Positions 29,384 through 37,682 of a stretch of 64,000 nucleotides of DNA are shown one piece after another (within the stretch, counting starts at the first letter, position 1; each line of letters opens with the position of its first letter). The notes under the pieces were generated by a model, which was not told the DNA's origin, ran no database searches, and saw nothing but the letters and a program-made list of their open reading frames with translations. The stretch comes from Terriglobales bacterium (lineage in GTDB: Bacteria > Acidobacteriota > Terriglobia > Terriglobales > Acidobacteriaceae). The stretch lies in NCBI GenBank assembly GCA_035652655.1, contig DASRDJ010000381.1, forward strand, positions 25,102-89,101, read 5' to 3'. The translations under genes were made by a program, and so were the position numbers.

Positions 29384-30730
29384 ATGCACGACCCGAATCG
29401 TTTGGCTTCAGCGCAGGCGTCAGGAGCAGAAACCATGACCGAGGCGCCGACGCAGTCCGCGTCCCCTGCTGTGCCAGCACGGCGTAAACCCAAGATCTCC
29501 GATACACCACCTCCAGCTCCGCCAGCGCCCAAGCTTGCCGACTACGAACCGATCATCGGCAAGTCGCAACTCGATGAACTACGCTTTGTATCGCAGCCGT
29601 TGCAGGGCAAGCGCGTGAAGATGGTGAACTCCACTGCCGTGGGCGGTGGAGTTGCGGAGATGCTCAACCGGTTGGTGCCGCTCTTGGATGAGCTCGGAGT
29701 GAAAACGGGGTGGGAGGTCATTACTGGCGGCAATGACTTCTTTGAGGTAACCAAGGGATTTCACAACGCACTACACGGAGCAGCGTTCACTTTGACCCAG
29801 CAAGCGCGTGACGTGTTCATGTCGCATACCGAACAGAATCGGCAACGAATGAGGTTTGACGAGGATTTCGTGGTGATCCACGATCCACAGCCGGCAGGCC
29901 TGATCGAGTCCAAAAACCTGGGCCCGTCGAAATGGGTCTGGCGGTGCCATATTGACTTGTCGCACCCAAACGAAGATGTCTGGAAATTCCTGCAGCCGAT
30001 GGTAGAGCGTTATGATGCCGCAGTTTTTTCATCGCCGGCGTTTGCCCGTCAACTTGCGATTCCGCAAGCTCTCTTCTATCCGTGCATCGATCCGCTGTCG
30101 GAAAAAAATAAAGAATTGGATGACAGCTATGTGCAGGCGGTTTGCGATAACTTCGGCGTCGATCGTTCGCGGCCTATTGTGACTCAGATCTCCCGCTTTG
30201 ATCGGTTAAAGGATCCACTGGGCGTGATCCAGGCGTACAAAATGGCCAAGAAATACGTCGATTTCCAACTGGTGCTAGCGGGCGGGGGTGCTTCGGACGA
30301 TCCCGAAGGGGCCGTGGTCCTGAAGGAAGTCCAAGATGCAGCCTCTGAGGATCCCGATGTCATCATCCTCGAACTTCCTCCCTGGTCCGCGCTCGAGATT
30401 AACGCTCTCCAGCGAGCATCAACAATCGTGATCCAGAAATCGCTGAAAGAGGGATTTGGGTTGACCGTTACCGAGGCACTCTGGAAATCCAAACCCACGA
30501 TCGCGAGTGCAGTGGGCGGAATTCCGACCCAAATTATCGATAAGCATACCGGAGTGCTGGTCCATTCGGTGGAAGGCTGCGCTTATCAGATCCGCTACCT
30601 ACTCACCCATCCCGAATTCGGAGCACAGCTTGGTAAAAATGGCCGTGAGCACGTGAGAGAAAACTTTCTGATGACTACAAACGCCCGTCGGTGGGTGCTG
30701 CTATTACGCATCTTGTCGGGCTTGAAGTGA
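29384..30730 (+). CDS. treT: trehalose glycosyltransferring synthase (GT4, TreT type)
   Basis: AGGAGG RBS. Collinear by eye with archaeal TreT: VNSTAVGGGVAEMLNRLVPLL, FFEVTKGFHNALHG, VIHDPQPAGL, WVWRCHIDLS, IDPLSEKN, ITQISRFD, EGFGLTVTEALWK. Confidence 0.9.
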   Translation: MHDPNRLASAQASGAETMTEAPTQSASPAVPARRKPKISDTPPPAPPAPKLADYEPIIGKSQLDELRFVSQPLQGKRVKMVNSTAVGGGVAEMLNRLVPLLDELGVKTGWEVITGGNDFFEVTKGFHNALHGAAFTLTQQARDVFMSHTEQNRQRMRFDEDFVVIHDPQPAGLIESKNLGPSKWVWRCHIDLSHPNEDVWKFLQPMVERYDAAVFSSPAFARQLAIPQALFYPCIDPLSEKNKELDDSYVQAVCDNFGVDRSRPIVTQISRFDRLKDPLGVIQAYKMAKKYVDFQLVLAGGGASDDPEGAVVLKEVQDAASEDPDVIILELPPWSALEINALQRASTIVIQKSLKEGFGLTVTEALWKSKPTIASAVGGIPTQIIDKHTGVLVHSVEGCAYQIRYLLTHPEFGAQLGKNGREHVRENFLMTTNARRWVLLLRILSGLK

Positions 30731-31018
30731 TGTTCCAAGTTAAAGTAAGCGAAAACACGAAGGTCGTACAGAAAGCACGGTATGGATGCGAATGAAGAGT
30801 GGATAGCATAATTGCGTCCACATCCCGTACCACTGTTTAACGTTGTGGCATCCCCGCGCGGGACAAAAATATGCCGATGCCGCTGTTTCTCATCGGCGCA
30901 GACAACATTTATCACCCCAAAGTAGTCCAATCGGGTGATGCGATTTGCATGCAGTGGGTCAAGCATCGGGTAGCTATCCCTGCTTACACTGCGTTCAGAT
31001 TTCTCGATGTAAGGGTGC

Positions 31019-31681
31019 ATGATGTCACAGAGGATCGATGTCTTTCTGCTCACTGAAAACCGCCTCCTGCGTGAAGCCCTCATGCGGATCTTCGGCGAAA
31101 AATCCGACCTATCCCTTGTAGGGGCTGCGCCCTTTTCTCCCCAACTTGTCAAAGAAGTTGCCGTCACTCGCGCTCGAGTACTTTTGTCCGATGCCGGACT
31201 GAACTTGTTCACCGATTTGCAGCTAATTCCTGAGCTGCGTAAACAACTCCCGGAGTTGAGGGTTCTGCTGATCGGGATGGAGTCTGATCCTTCAACGTTT
31301 TTACGGGCGGTGCGGGCTGGAGTTCTTGGATACATCCTCAAGGATGCGTCGTCCGTGGACGTGGCTGCCGCCGTTCGCTCCGTCGCCAAAAATGAAGCGG
31401 TATGTCCCCCGACCCTTTGCCGAGTCCTTTTCGAACACGTAGCTGCTCCGCAAATGGACGCTACGTGCCTTTTGGCTCGACATCCTTTTGGGCTAACACG
31501 TCGGGAACAACAGCTCGTGGAAATGATGGGCCGAGGCTTGACCAACAAAGAGATCGCAGCCCAACTTAACCTCTCGGACCAGACTGTGAAAAACCACGTT
31601 CACCGCGTATTACAGAAGGTAGGGGCCGGCGACCGATTGGAAGCGGCTGAAATATGCCGATCAGGCGTGTACGCCGCCTGA
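31019..31681 (+). CDS. LuxR-family regulator with an atypical receiver domain
   Basis: C-terminal HTH LTRREQQLVEMMGRGLTNKEIAAQLNLSDQTVKNHVHRVLQKV. The receiver-like N-terminus has TE in place of the DD pair (VFLLTENRLL). Confidence 0.85.
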   Translation: MMSQRIDVFLLTENRLLREALMRIFGEKSDLSLVGAAPFSPQLVKEVAVTRARVLLSDAGLNLFTDLQLIPELRKQLPELRVLLIGMESDPSTFLRAVRAGVLGYILKDASSVDVAAAVRSVAKNEAVCPPTLCRVLFEHVAAPQMDATCLLARHPFGLTRREQQLVEMMGRGLTNKEIAAQLNLSDQTVKNHVHRVLQKVGAGDRLEAAEICRSGVYAA

Positions 31682-31848
31682 TTGCGCCCCGCAGTAATGC
31701 ACCTATCAGAAAGTTGCTGGCGGTTCGGGCAAGACTATTCCCGCCTCCCACAAAGGTAGTATCGCGTATCGAGATTTCTACAGTGCTTGCTCGATGGCCC
31801 CTTCTGGGGTGACTTACTACAGTGTAAAGGGACATAAAGGAGTCTACT

Positions 31849-31971
31849 GTGAAATCCACGCTCGTTGCAGTTCGAAACATCGTTGGAACCGCCGGTCTCG
31901 TGTTCGCAGCCTACGTGCTTGCGGGTTCTATGCCAGACATTCGTCGTTACATCAGAATCACAAGAATGTAG
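31849..31971 (+). CDS. 40-aa hydrophobic micro-protein (not in the ORF track)
   Basis: GTG at 31849 lies 6 nt after AAGGAG (31837-31842). Translation is VKSTLVAVRNIVGTAGLVFAAYVLAGSMPDIRRYIRITRM, one TM helix plus a basic tail. An in-frame stop lies just upstream at 31825. Confidence 0.55.
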   Translation: MKSTLVAVRNIVGTAGLVFAAYVLAGSMPDIRRYIRITRM

Positions 31972-31993
31972 AGCTCTCGGGGCGGGGGGGGCG

Positions 31994-32143
31994 ATGATTC
32001 GAAAGCTGGCGTCGGGTGGCTACCGCCTGTACTCACGCAAGAAGGATCCGAAGACCGGAAAACGCCGAAACCTAGGAACATTTCGAACGAGGAATGCCGC
32101 CGAGAAGCATGAGCGCGCGGTGCAATACTTCAAGCGATCTTAA
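31994..32143 (+). CDS. 49-aa basic mini-protein, AP2/Arm-like DNA-binding fold suspected
   Basis: MIRKLASGGYRLYSRKKDPKTGKRRNLGTFRTRNAAEKHERAVQYFKRS. The beta-beta-beta-helix pattern resembles integrase Arm/AP2 domains. The track ORF 31865..32143 contains it. Confidence 0.65.
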   Translation: MIRKLASGGYRLYSRKKDPKTGKRRNLGTFRTRNAAEKHERAVQYFKRS

Positions 32144-32211
32144 ACCCGGATTTTCATCGGGCTCGTGTCTGGAGAAGTCGCTGTTTGTCGTGCGCAACTG
32201 GCGGATCTGCC

Positions 32212-33063
32212 ATGAAAGATTGCACCGCGACCCCAAAGCCCGAGAGTCAGGTCTCCCCGACCACCTCCAAGCCTCGGCGTCTCCCAGGTGGGCAGGCCGC
32301 ACTTTTCAAAGAAGTCTTACTTCTGCTTGAGACAAGGAAGTGCTCGTACGCGGTTGCGGGAGCGTTCGCGCTTCGCCACCACACGGGAATATGTCGCTAT
32401 ACAAAAGATCTCGACATTTTTCTTACCGCCGAGACTGCCTCAGAGATTTTGCCTGTCTTCGGAAAGAGCGGCTTCCGATACGAAGTTTGTGATCCGTTTT
32501 GGCTCGCTAAGGTCCACAGGGACCGCTACTTTGTCGATTTCATTACTGGCATGAGTAACGGCGTCCTTGTGGTCGATGATTCTTGGATCGATCGTGCTTG
32601 CCCAGCAGAGATCTGTGGGGTCTCATCTAGAGTACTGGCGCCAGAGGAGACGTTGGCGTCGAAGCTCTTTGTAACTCGGCGCGAGCGTTTTGACGGTGCC
32701 GACATCGCTCATCTCATTTTCGCAGCACAAGGAAAACTGGACTGGGGGCGGATCCTGCAACTCGCAGGTGAGCATTGGGAACTCGTGCTTTGGTCTCTGC
32801 TTCTATTCAAATATGTCTATCCAGCCCATACAAAGTACGTGCCACTTACATTGTGGGACGATCTAATGGGGCGCTTGGCTGCAGACCTGAGGCGTTCCGA
32901 TTCCACGGCGCGATTTCGGGGCACTTTGATCGACGATGCGATGTTTGCGATTGATGTTGAGGAGTGGGGCTTGGACAATCTCGTGTTCGAGCAACGCGCC
33001 CGTCGTTCAAAGATTAATCCGGGCACAGGCAGCCGCCCACATTCTAAAGTGCGCCTGATTTGA
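32212..33063 (+). CDS. Pol-beta-superfamily nucleotidyltransferase-like protein
   Basis: YAVAGAFALRHHTGICRYTKDLDIFL fits the G-[SA]-x(n)-D-x-D NTase signature. ATG at 32212; the track start at 32185 is a TTG. Confidence 0.65.
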   Translation: MKDCTATPKPESQVSPTTSKPRRLPGGQAALFKEVLLLLETRKCSYAVAGAFALRHHTGICRYTKDLDIFLTAETASEILPVFGKSGFRYEVCDPFWLAKVHRDRYFVDFITGMSNGVLVVDDSWIDRACPAEICGVSSRVLAPEETLASKLFVTRRERFDGADIAHLIFAAQGKLDWGRILQLAGEHWELVLWSLLLFKYVYPAHTKYVPLTLWDDLMGRLAADLRRSDSTARFRGTLIDDAMFAIDVEEWGLDNLVFEQRARRSKINPGTGSRPHSKVRLI

Positions 33064-33066
33064 TGA

Positions 33067-33774
33067 ATGAGAGTTGCGGCCACAGCTGATCTGCATTTCT
33101 CGCCTGCCAACCAAGCCGCCCTGCGCGACCAACTGAGTAATGTGCGCGACCAGGCGGATGTCCTGGTGCTCGCTGGCGATCTCACGAATTACGGTCAACC
33201 ATCGGAAATGGAACCTCTCATCAATGCACTCGTTCGCCTGCGGGTCCCTACGATTGCAGTGCTTGGAAACCACGACTACGAGAGTGGCCAGGAACAAGAG
33301 CTCATGAAGATGATGTCAGCGGCAGGGATTAAGGTGCTGGACGGCAGTGCTTACGAACGTGACGGCGTTGGGTTTGCCGGGACGAAGGGTTTCGTCGGGG
33401 GTTTCGGTCGTGGGGTTCTGACCGCTTTTGGAGAGCCTGAGATCAAGGCTTTCGTGCATGCTTCGATCGAAGAGTCATTAAAACTCGAACGTGGATTGTC
33501 GCAATTGCGCACGCCCAAGAGAGTTGTGGTTTTGCACTATTCTCCGATTGCGGCGACCGTGCAAGGAGAAAACCCGGAGATTCTGGCCTTCATGGGAACC
33601 TCTCGACTCGCGGAAGTGATTGACCGTCACGGCGCTGATTTGGTCGTGCACGGTCACGCGCATCACGGAACATTGGAAGGCCAAACGTTGGCTGGTGTTC
33701 CTGTGCGAAACGTAGCCATCACCCTCCTTCAGACTCGTCAGCCCGCTGCCGCATTCAGAGTATTTGACGTCTGA
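33067..33774 (+). CDS. metallophosphoesterase family protein
   Basis: Calcineurin-like motifs ATADLHF, LAGDLTNYG, LGNHDY, VLHY and VHGHAHHG. Confidence 0.88.
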   Translation: MRVAATADLHFSPANQAALRDQLSNVRDQADVLVLAGDLTNYGQPSEMEPLINALVRLRVPTIAVLGNHDYESGQEQELMKMMSAAGIKVLDGSAYERDGVGFAGTKGFVGGFGRGVLTAFGEPEIKAFVHASIEESLKLERGLSQLRTPKRVVVLHYSPIAATVQGENPEILAFMGTSRLAEVIDRHGADLVVHGHAHHGTLEGQTLAGVPVRNVAITLLQTRQPAAAFRVFDV

Positions 33775-33788
33775 GAGGTGTTTGAGCC

Positions 33789-33825
33789 AAAAACAAAAAA
33801 GCGGAGCAAATTCAATCGCTCCGCT
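33789..33825 (-). terminator. intrinsic terminator of the BON-domain gene
   Basis: Minus strand reads AGCGGAGC-gattgaattt-GCTCCGCT followed by TTTTTTGTTTTT, 15 nt after the stop at 33840. Confidence 0.65.
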
Positions 33826-33839
33826 CCCTAAAGATTAAT

Positions 33840-34409
33840 CTATCGCTGGACCTGAATCTCGTTTACCACTTGCTGGACATTCGGGGTATTTTTTGCCAGT
33901 TCCTGGGCTGCTTGCCGTTGATCGGAGCTCTTTACAGAGCCCTTCAAGGTCAACACGCCGTTCTTGGCGTCGTAGCGAATGTGTTCCTTGTCCAAACCCT
34001 TGGAGATAAGAACTGCTTTGTAGTTGCTTTCGATTCCGTCGTCGACGTTCGACTCGATCTTGCGAGCGTCTCGCTCGTTACCGACCGGCTCCACACTGAT
34101 TTCGTTGGCGACAATTCTCGGACCAGCGTTCGCTTGAGCAACACTTGCAGCGCGATTCTTTGCATCCTCAGTATGTAAGGTGCCACCGAGTGTGATGGTG
34201 TTTTTTGCGTCATCCTCGGCCACGCTGACGTCCTTCAGGTCAGCTTGTTCAAGGGCCGCCTTGACGTTCGCTTTGTAGTCGGTGCTTGCCCTGTTTGTTG
34301 AAGTGCACGCAACGCCGATCGAAATGGCTGCAACCAGTGCCAGAAGTGTGATATTGCGCTTGCCGTTGAGAAGTCCAGTTTCAAAAGTCATGTACGCCCC
34401 CTTTTTCAT
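33840..34409 (-). CDS. BON domain lipoprotein (OsmY-like)
   Basis: Lipobox-like AISIGVAC. Two BON-type modules (LKDVSVAEDDAKNTITLGGTLHTEDAKNRA... and GVLTLKGSVKSSDQRQAAQELAKNTPNVQQVVNEIQV). Confidence 0.87.
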   Translation of the reverse strand: MKKGAYMTFETGLLNGKRNITLLALVAAISIGVACTSTNRASTDYKANVKAALEQADLKDVSVAEDDAKNTITLGGTLHTEDAKNRAASVAQANAGPRIVANEISVEPVGNERDARKIESNVDDGIESNYKAVLISKGLDKEHIRYDAKNGVLTLKGSVKSSDQRQAAQELAKNTPNVQQVVNEIQVQR

Positions 34410-34617
34410 AGGTCGGGAAATTCAACGCGCACACTCATGCGCATCCGAGCCTTTCCAAACGATGGTAGAAGTGGTCGAACTGGAGGTCGATCAGTCAAAC
34501 ACTCTAGTTTTCGGGGCTGGGTACCCGTGACACGTTTACAGTAATGCCGGTAGGTGAGAGGTGGAACTGCAGGACGCTCCAACTGACGTGGGGTCAACGA
34601 GCATCCCTGACGCTTCC

Positions 34618-36624
34618 TCAGGCAGGGGTTTTCACGGAGGAAATTTGAGAATCTAGCAATTTGAGTTTAGGGTCATGTCCTATCGCCGCGAAAATTTCAG
34701 ACATGATGCGCTCGTCAATTTCCGCGGACTTTTCGGCGACGACAGGATATCGAACACTCACTTCGGTTGCCGATGTCGTAAAGCGAGCGTGCGCCCTGGC
34801 TTTAAGCTCGGTACTGGGAATAGAGGTGACGCTGAGTTCCATCTGCCTGCGCTGCCCTTCAAGAGAGTCCTTGTAATCGCTAAAGGCCCGATCGATCGCT
34901 TGCTGCAGTCGCTCGCGGATTTGCCGGTAGTCACTATCAGAACTGAAACGCAAGGTCACTTCGCGCCATGCAAAAGTCGTCCCAGGTATCTGTTTGAACA
35001 ATCCGCCGGTCGCCTGGAAGACCACTGAATTCGAGAAGGCGACGATTCGTCCAGTCGGTTCCGAGTCCGCGACTCCCCCGCTCAATTCCATCAGATGAAA
35101 GCGTACCAGCCCGATGTCGACAACTTCCCCCGTGACTGAACCAACTTGTACGCGGTCTCCGATTCGGATCCCGTACTTACCGATCAAGAAGAAGTAGCCG
35201 ACAATCGAGACGATTACGTTCTGAAGCGCGACCGCCACTCCAGCGGTGATCAACCCGGCGAACGTAGCGACCGCTCCCAGTTCAGTGACGAAAGCAAAAA
35301 GGAGCACGATCCCGACACCGCACCAGAGGATGACCTTGCGCATCAGCATGAACTGATAACGCCGTCGTGTGTCATGAACGTAGCGGAAGATTGCGCGCCG
35401 CCAGAACTCACCAATCAAGAAAACCGCTCCCAGTGCGACAACCAATCCGAAAACTCTTAGCAGTAGTCCCTTCAGGCGCTCTTTAAATTCAATCGTGACC
35501 TCTCCCTGCCAATTCGTTACGCTTCTTTTGTAGAGGTCAAGAAGAATGGATTGCTTTCCCAGCGACGAAAGCAACCCTGAAACCTGTTTGAACTGGACCG
35601 TAAGTTTGTCGAGCGCTTCTTTTTCCTGCGCGAGGCCGCTTTGATCGCTGGTGTCTGCCTGTTTCGTCAGTTGGTCTCCCGCTTGTATGAGTTGCCTGAG
35701 TTGGGCAACAAGGGGTGCTCGCAATTGAGTCGAGGTTTGTTCTAGATCGCGGGTTGCTCGCAAGCTGCTGGATAGCAGGCTGCGCTTGCTGGACAGTCGG
35801 AAAAGATCCGCTGCGAGAGCCCACATACCTGTGGGTATCGCCCTAGTACCTGCTGCGTTCGTTCTGCTGGGGGAGGTCGTTTCTGCAGGTGTCACAGCTT
35901 CGCTTGCAGAAGAGCCGCTGATCGCAGACGGCACTGCGTGTGCCAGTTCGTCAATCTGCGAGCGTAAGGTGGTGCCTCCACCTTTCGACGTGCCCCCCAC
36001 AAATTCCAATATGCTGTGAAGAGCTTGCTGACGGGCTTGGAAAAGTCCGAGTTCACTCTGTAATTCTTCGAGTTGTGTCTGGAGCTGCTGTCTTTTGGCG
36101 GGTGGCGTCGTCGCCAATTTGTCCTTCAGCTCCTGCAATTCAGCTTGAGTCTGCTGTACCAGCGAATCTGCAGTCGCCGAGGTCCGGCTTAGGTTTTCAT
36201 ATCTCGATCCCATGTCGCTCGGGTTCGGAGCGGAGCCTTTTGCGTCTTTGGCCAGCTGTTGCTCTTGTTGTCGGGCAAAATCGAATGCCAACTTGACGAT
36301 TTGGTCTGCCATTCGGCGGTTGTCGGCCGAGAAGCCCAGATCACCGGGTTCGGTGGCGATTCGTTGTTCCTGTTGTGTCTGGCGATACCAATCAATCGAT
36401 TCGCCCAGGAACTGAATAACTTGAGCCGACGTCGGTTGACCCGGAGGTGGTGCCTGCGGAGTAACTTGTCCGAAGGTCTGGGGCGAAATCAGCAGACAGA
36501 AAGCTGCGGCAACCGGCAGCGACGATCGAAAGGAACCCCTGACTTTGTGGCAAACACGGCCGCGAGAAAAACTTGGGTGGAGAGTCACATCAAATACACT
36601 ATCGCCTCGAAAGATTGTGATCAA
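34618..36624 (-). CDS. mechanosensitive ion channel family protein (MscS/MscK-like)
   Basis: Signal peptide, a long Gln-rich coiled-coil periplasmic region and TM helices. MscS core is NVIVSIVGYFFLIGKYGIRIGDRVQVGSVTGEVVDIGLVRFHLMEL. The exact start is uncertain. Confidence 0.9.
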   Translation of the reverse strand: MITIFRGDSVFDVTLHPSFSRGRVCHKVRGSFRSSLPVAAAFCLLISPQTFGQVTPQAPPPGQPTSAQVIQFLGESIDWYRQTQQEQRIATEPGDLGFSADNRRMADQIVKLAFDFARQQEQQLAKDAKGSAPNPSDMGSRYENLSRTSATADSLVQQTQAELQELKDKLATTPPAKRQQLQTQLEELQSELGLFQARQQALHSILEFVGGTSKGGGTTLRSQIDELAHAVPSAISGSSASEAVTPAETTSPSRTNAAGTRAIPTGMWALAADLFRLSSKRSLLSSSLRATRDLEQTSTQLRAPLVAQLRQLIQAGDQLTKQADTSDQSGLAQEKEALDKLTVQFKQVSGLLSSLGKQSILLDLYKRSVTNWQGEVTIEFKERLKGLLLRVFGLVVALGAVFLIGEFWRRAIFRYVHDTRRRYQFMLMRKVILWCGVGIVLLFAFVTELGAVATFAGLITAGVAVALQNVIVSIVGYFFLIGKYGIRIGDRVQVGSVTGEVVDIGLVRFHLMELSGGVADSEPTGRIVAFSNSVVFQATGGLFKQIPGTTFAWREVTLRFSSDSDYRQIRERLQQAIDRAFSDYKDSLEGQRRQMELSVTSIPSTELKARAHARFTTSATEVSVRYPVVAEKSAEIDERIMSEIFAAIGHDPKLKLLDSQISSVKTPA

Positions 36625-36632
36625 CCCAACCG

Positions 36633-37571
36633 TCAGTAGAGTTTAAAGCTGACTTCGACGCTGATCTGCACTGCGACCGCGCGGCCATCTTTCGTTGCGG
36701 GATCAAACCGCCATTGTTTGACCGCTTCAATTGCCTTTTGGTCCAAACCCATTCCCAGTCCACGCTGAACGCGGATGTCTCGCGGGTTGCCATCGGCTCC
36801 GACGATCATCGAAAGCACACAGGTTCCCTCGTGCTTTGCCCGACGAGCTTCCTCGGTGTACTGAGGGTCGGGCGTTTCAATCGGTTTGGGGGCTAACACA
36901 CCTCCGCCCACACGAAACACACCACCCCCAATGCCGCCCCCGCGGCCTTCACCGATCCCGGGTCCGGTGCCCTTTCCCACGCCACCCCCAGAGCCTGATC
37001 CGATGCCGCCACCGCTGCCGGTTCCATTTGAGAATGCAGGGCTGGGCATGGCGGGAGCCGCGGGATCGCCAAGATGTGGCGCAGTTGCCGATGCGATCGC
37101 GACCTTTGGCGGGGCAACAACGGTTGGCTCGACCGCCAGCTTGGGATGTTCGTTCCGAACCACAAGGGCCGGCGGGGTAATTTGTTGCATGCTGACCTTT
37201 GGCAATCGTCCCTGAGGCGCTTGAATTTTGCTTCGATCACCCCCGCCCCCCCCGCCACCTGCTTCCTGGCGTGCTGGAGGCAACATGTAAACGTCTTTCG
37301 AGGGAGCGATCAGCGTTACGTGCTCAAGTGGTGGCTTTGCTGTTTGAACATGTTTGTCGAGTGAAGGCAGCGTCAAGACAGCCGAGATGGCGATGACATG
37401 GAGGAGAAATGAGACATAGCCACTGCGCTTCCGAGAAGCTTTTATTCCCCAGGAGCCACCCGGTATCCCCGCGCCGAAGGACGGCCCACGCGGCACGGGC
37501 CGCCGCAAGGGAGTCGGGAAAGATTTGATCGGAACCTGGAGGTAATCGTAGCGCCTTGTCAACTGCTCCAT
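36633..37571 (-). CDS. energy transducer TonB family protein
   Basis: N-terminal TM anchor, Gly-rich linker, and C-terminal TonB domain (PQYTEEARRAKHEGTCVLSMIVGADGNPRDIRVQRGLGMGLDQKAIEAVKQWRFDPA). Confidence 0.87.
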   Translation of the reverse strand: MEQLTRRYDYLQVPIKSFPTPLRRPVPRGPSFGAGIPGGSWGIKASRKRSGYVSFLLHVIAISAVLTLPSLDKHVQTAKPPLEHVTLIAPSKDVYMLPPARQEAGGGGGGGDRSKIQAPQGRLPKVSMQQITPPALVVRNEHPKLAVEPTVVAPPKVAIASATAPHLGDPAAPAMPSPAFSNGTGSGGGIGSGSGGGVGKGTGPGIGEGRGGGIGGGVFRVGGGVLAPKPIETPDPQYTEEARRAKHEGTCVLSMIVGADGNPRDIRVQRGLGMGLDQKAIEAVKQWRFDPATKDGRAVAVQISVEVSFKLY

Positions 37572-37682
37572 CGAAGTAGCCTCTTTGGGAGTGTAGGAAA
37601 GATCAGCTGAATGCTGGATAGAGTACAGACTGTAGACCCAGCTTCCAGTATCGGTAAGGTGTTGGCCGGAGGAAAGGGTTTG

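Noticed and set aside
30873-30897. Hairpin GCCGATG-N11-CATCGGC upstream of the LuxR gene
   Set aside because: It has a short stem, a large loop and no U-tract, so it is not distinguishable from chance.
30595-31548. 317-aa minus-strand ORF spanning the treT 3-prime end, an intergenic region and the LuxR gene
   Set aside because: It overlaps two confidently assigned plus-strand genes. The sequence is Arg/Ser/Thr-rich with no recognisable domain.
36731-37258. Pro-rich and Arg-rich ORFs on both strands over the TonB linker
   Set aside because: They are by-products of the GGN-rich coding repeat of TonB read in other frames or on the other strand.
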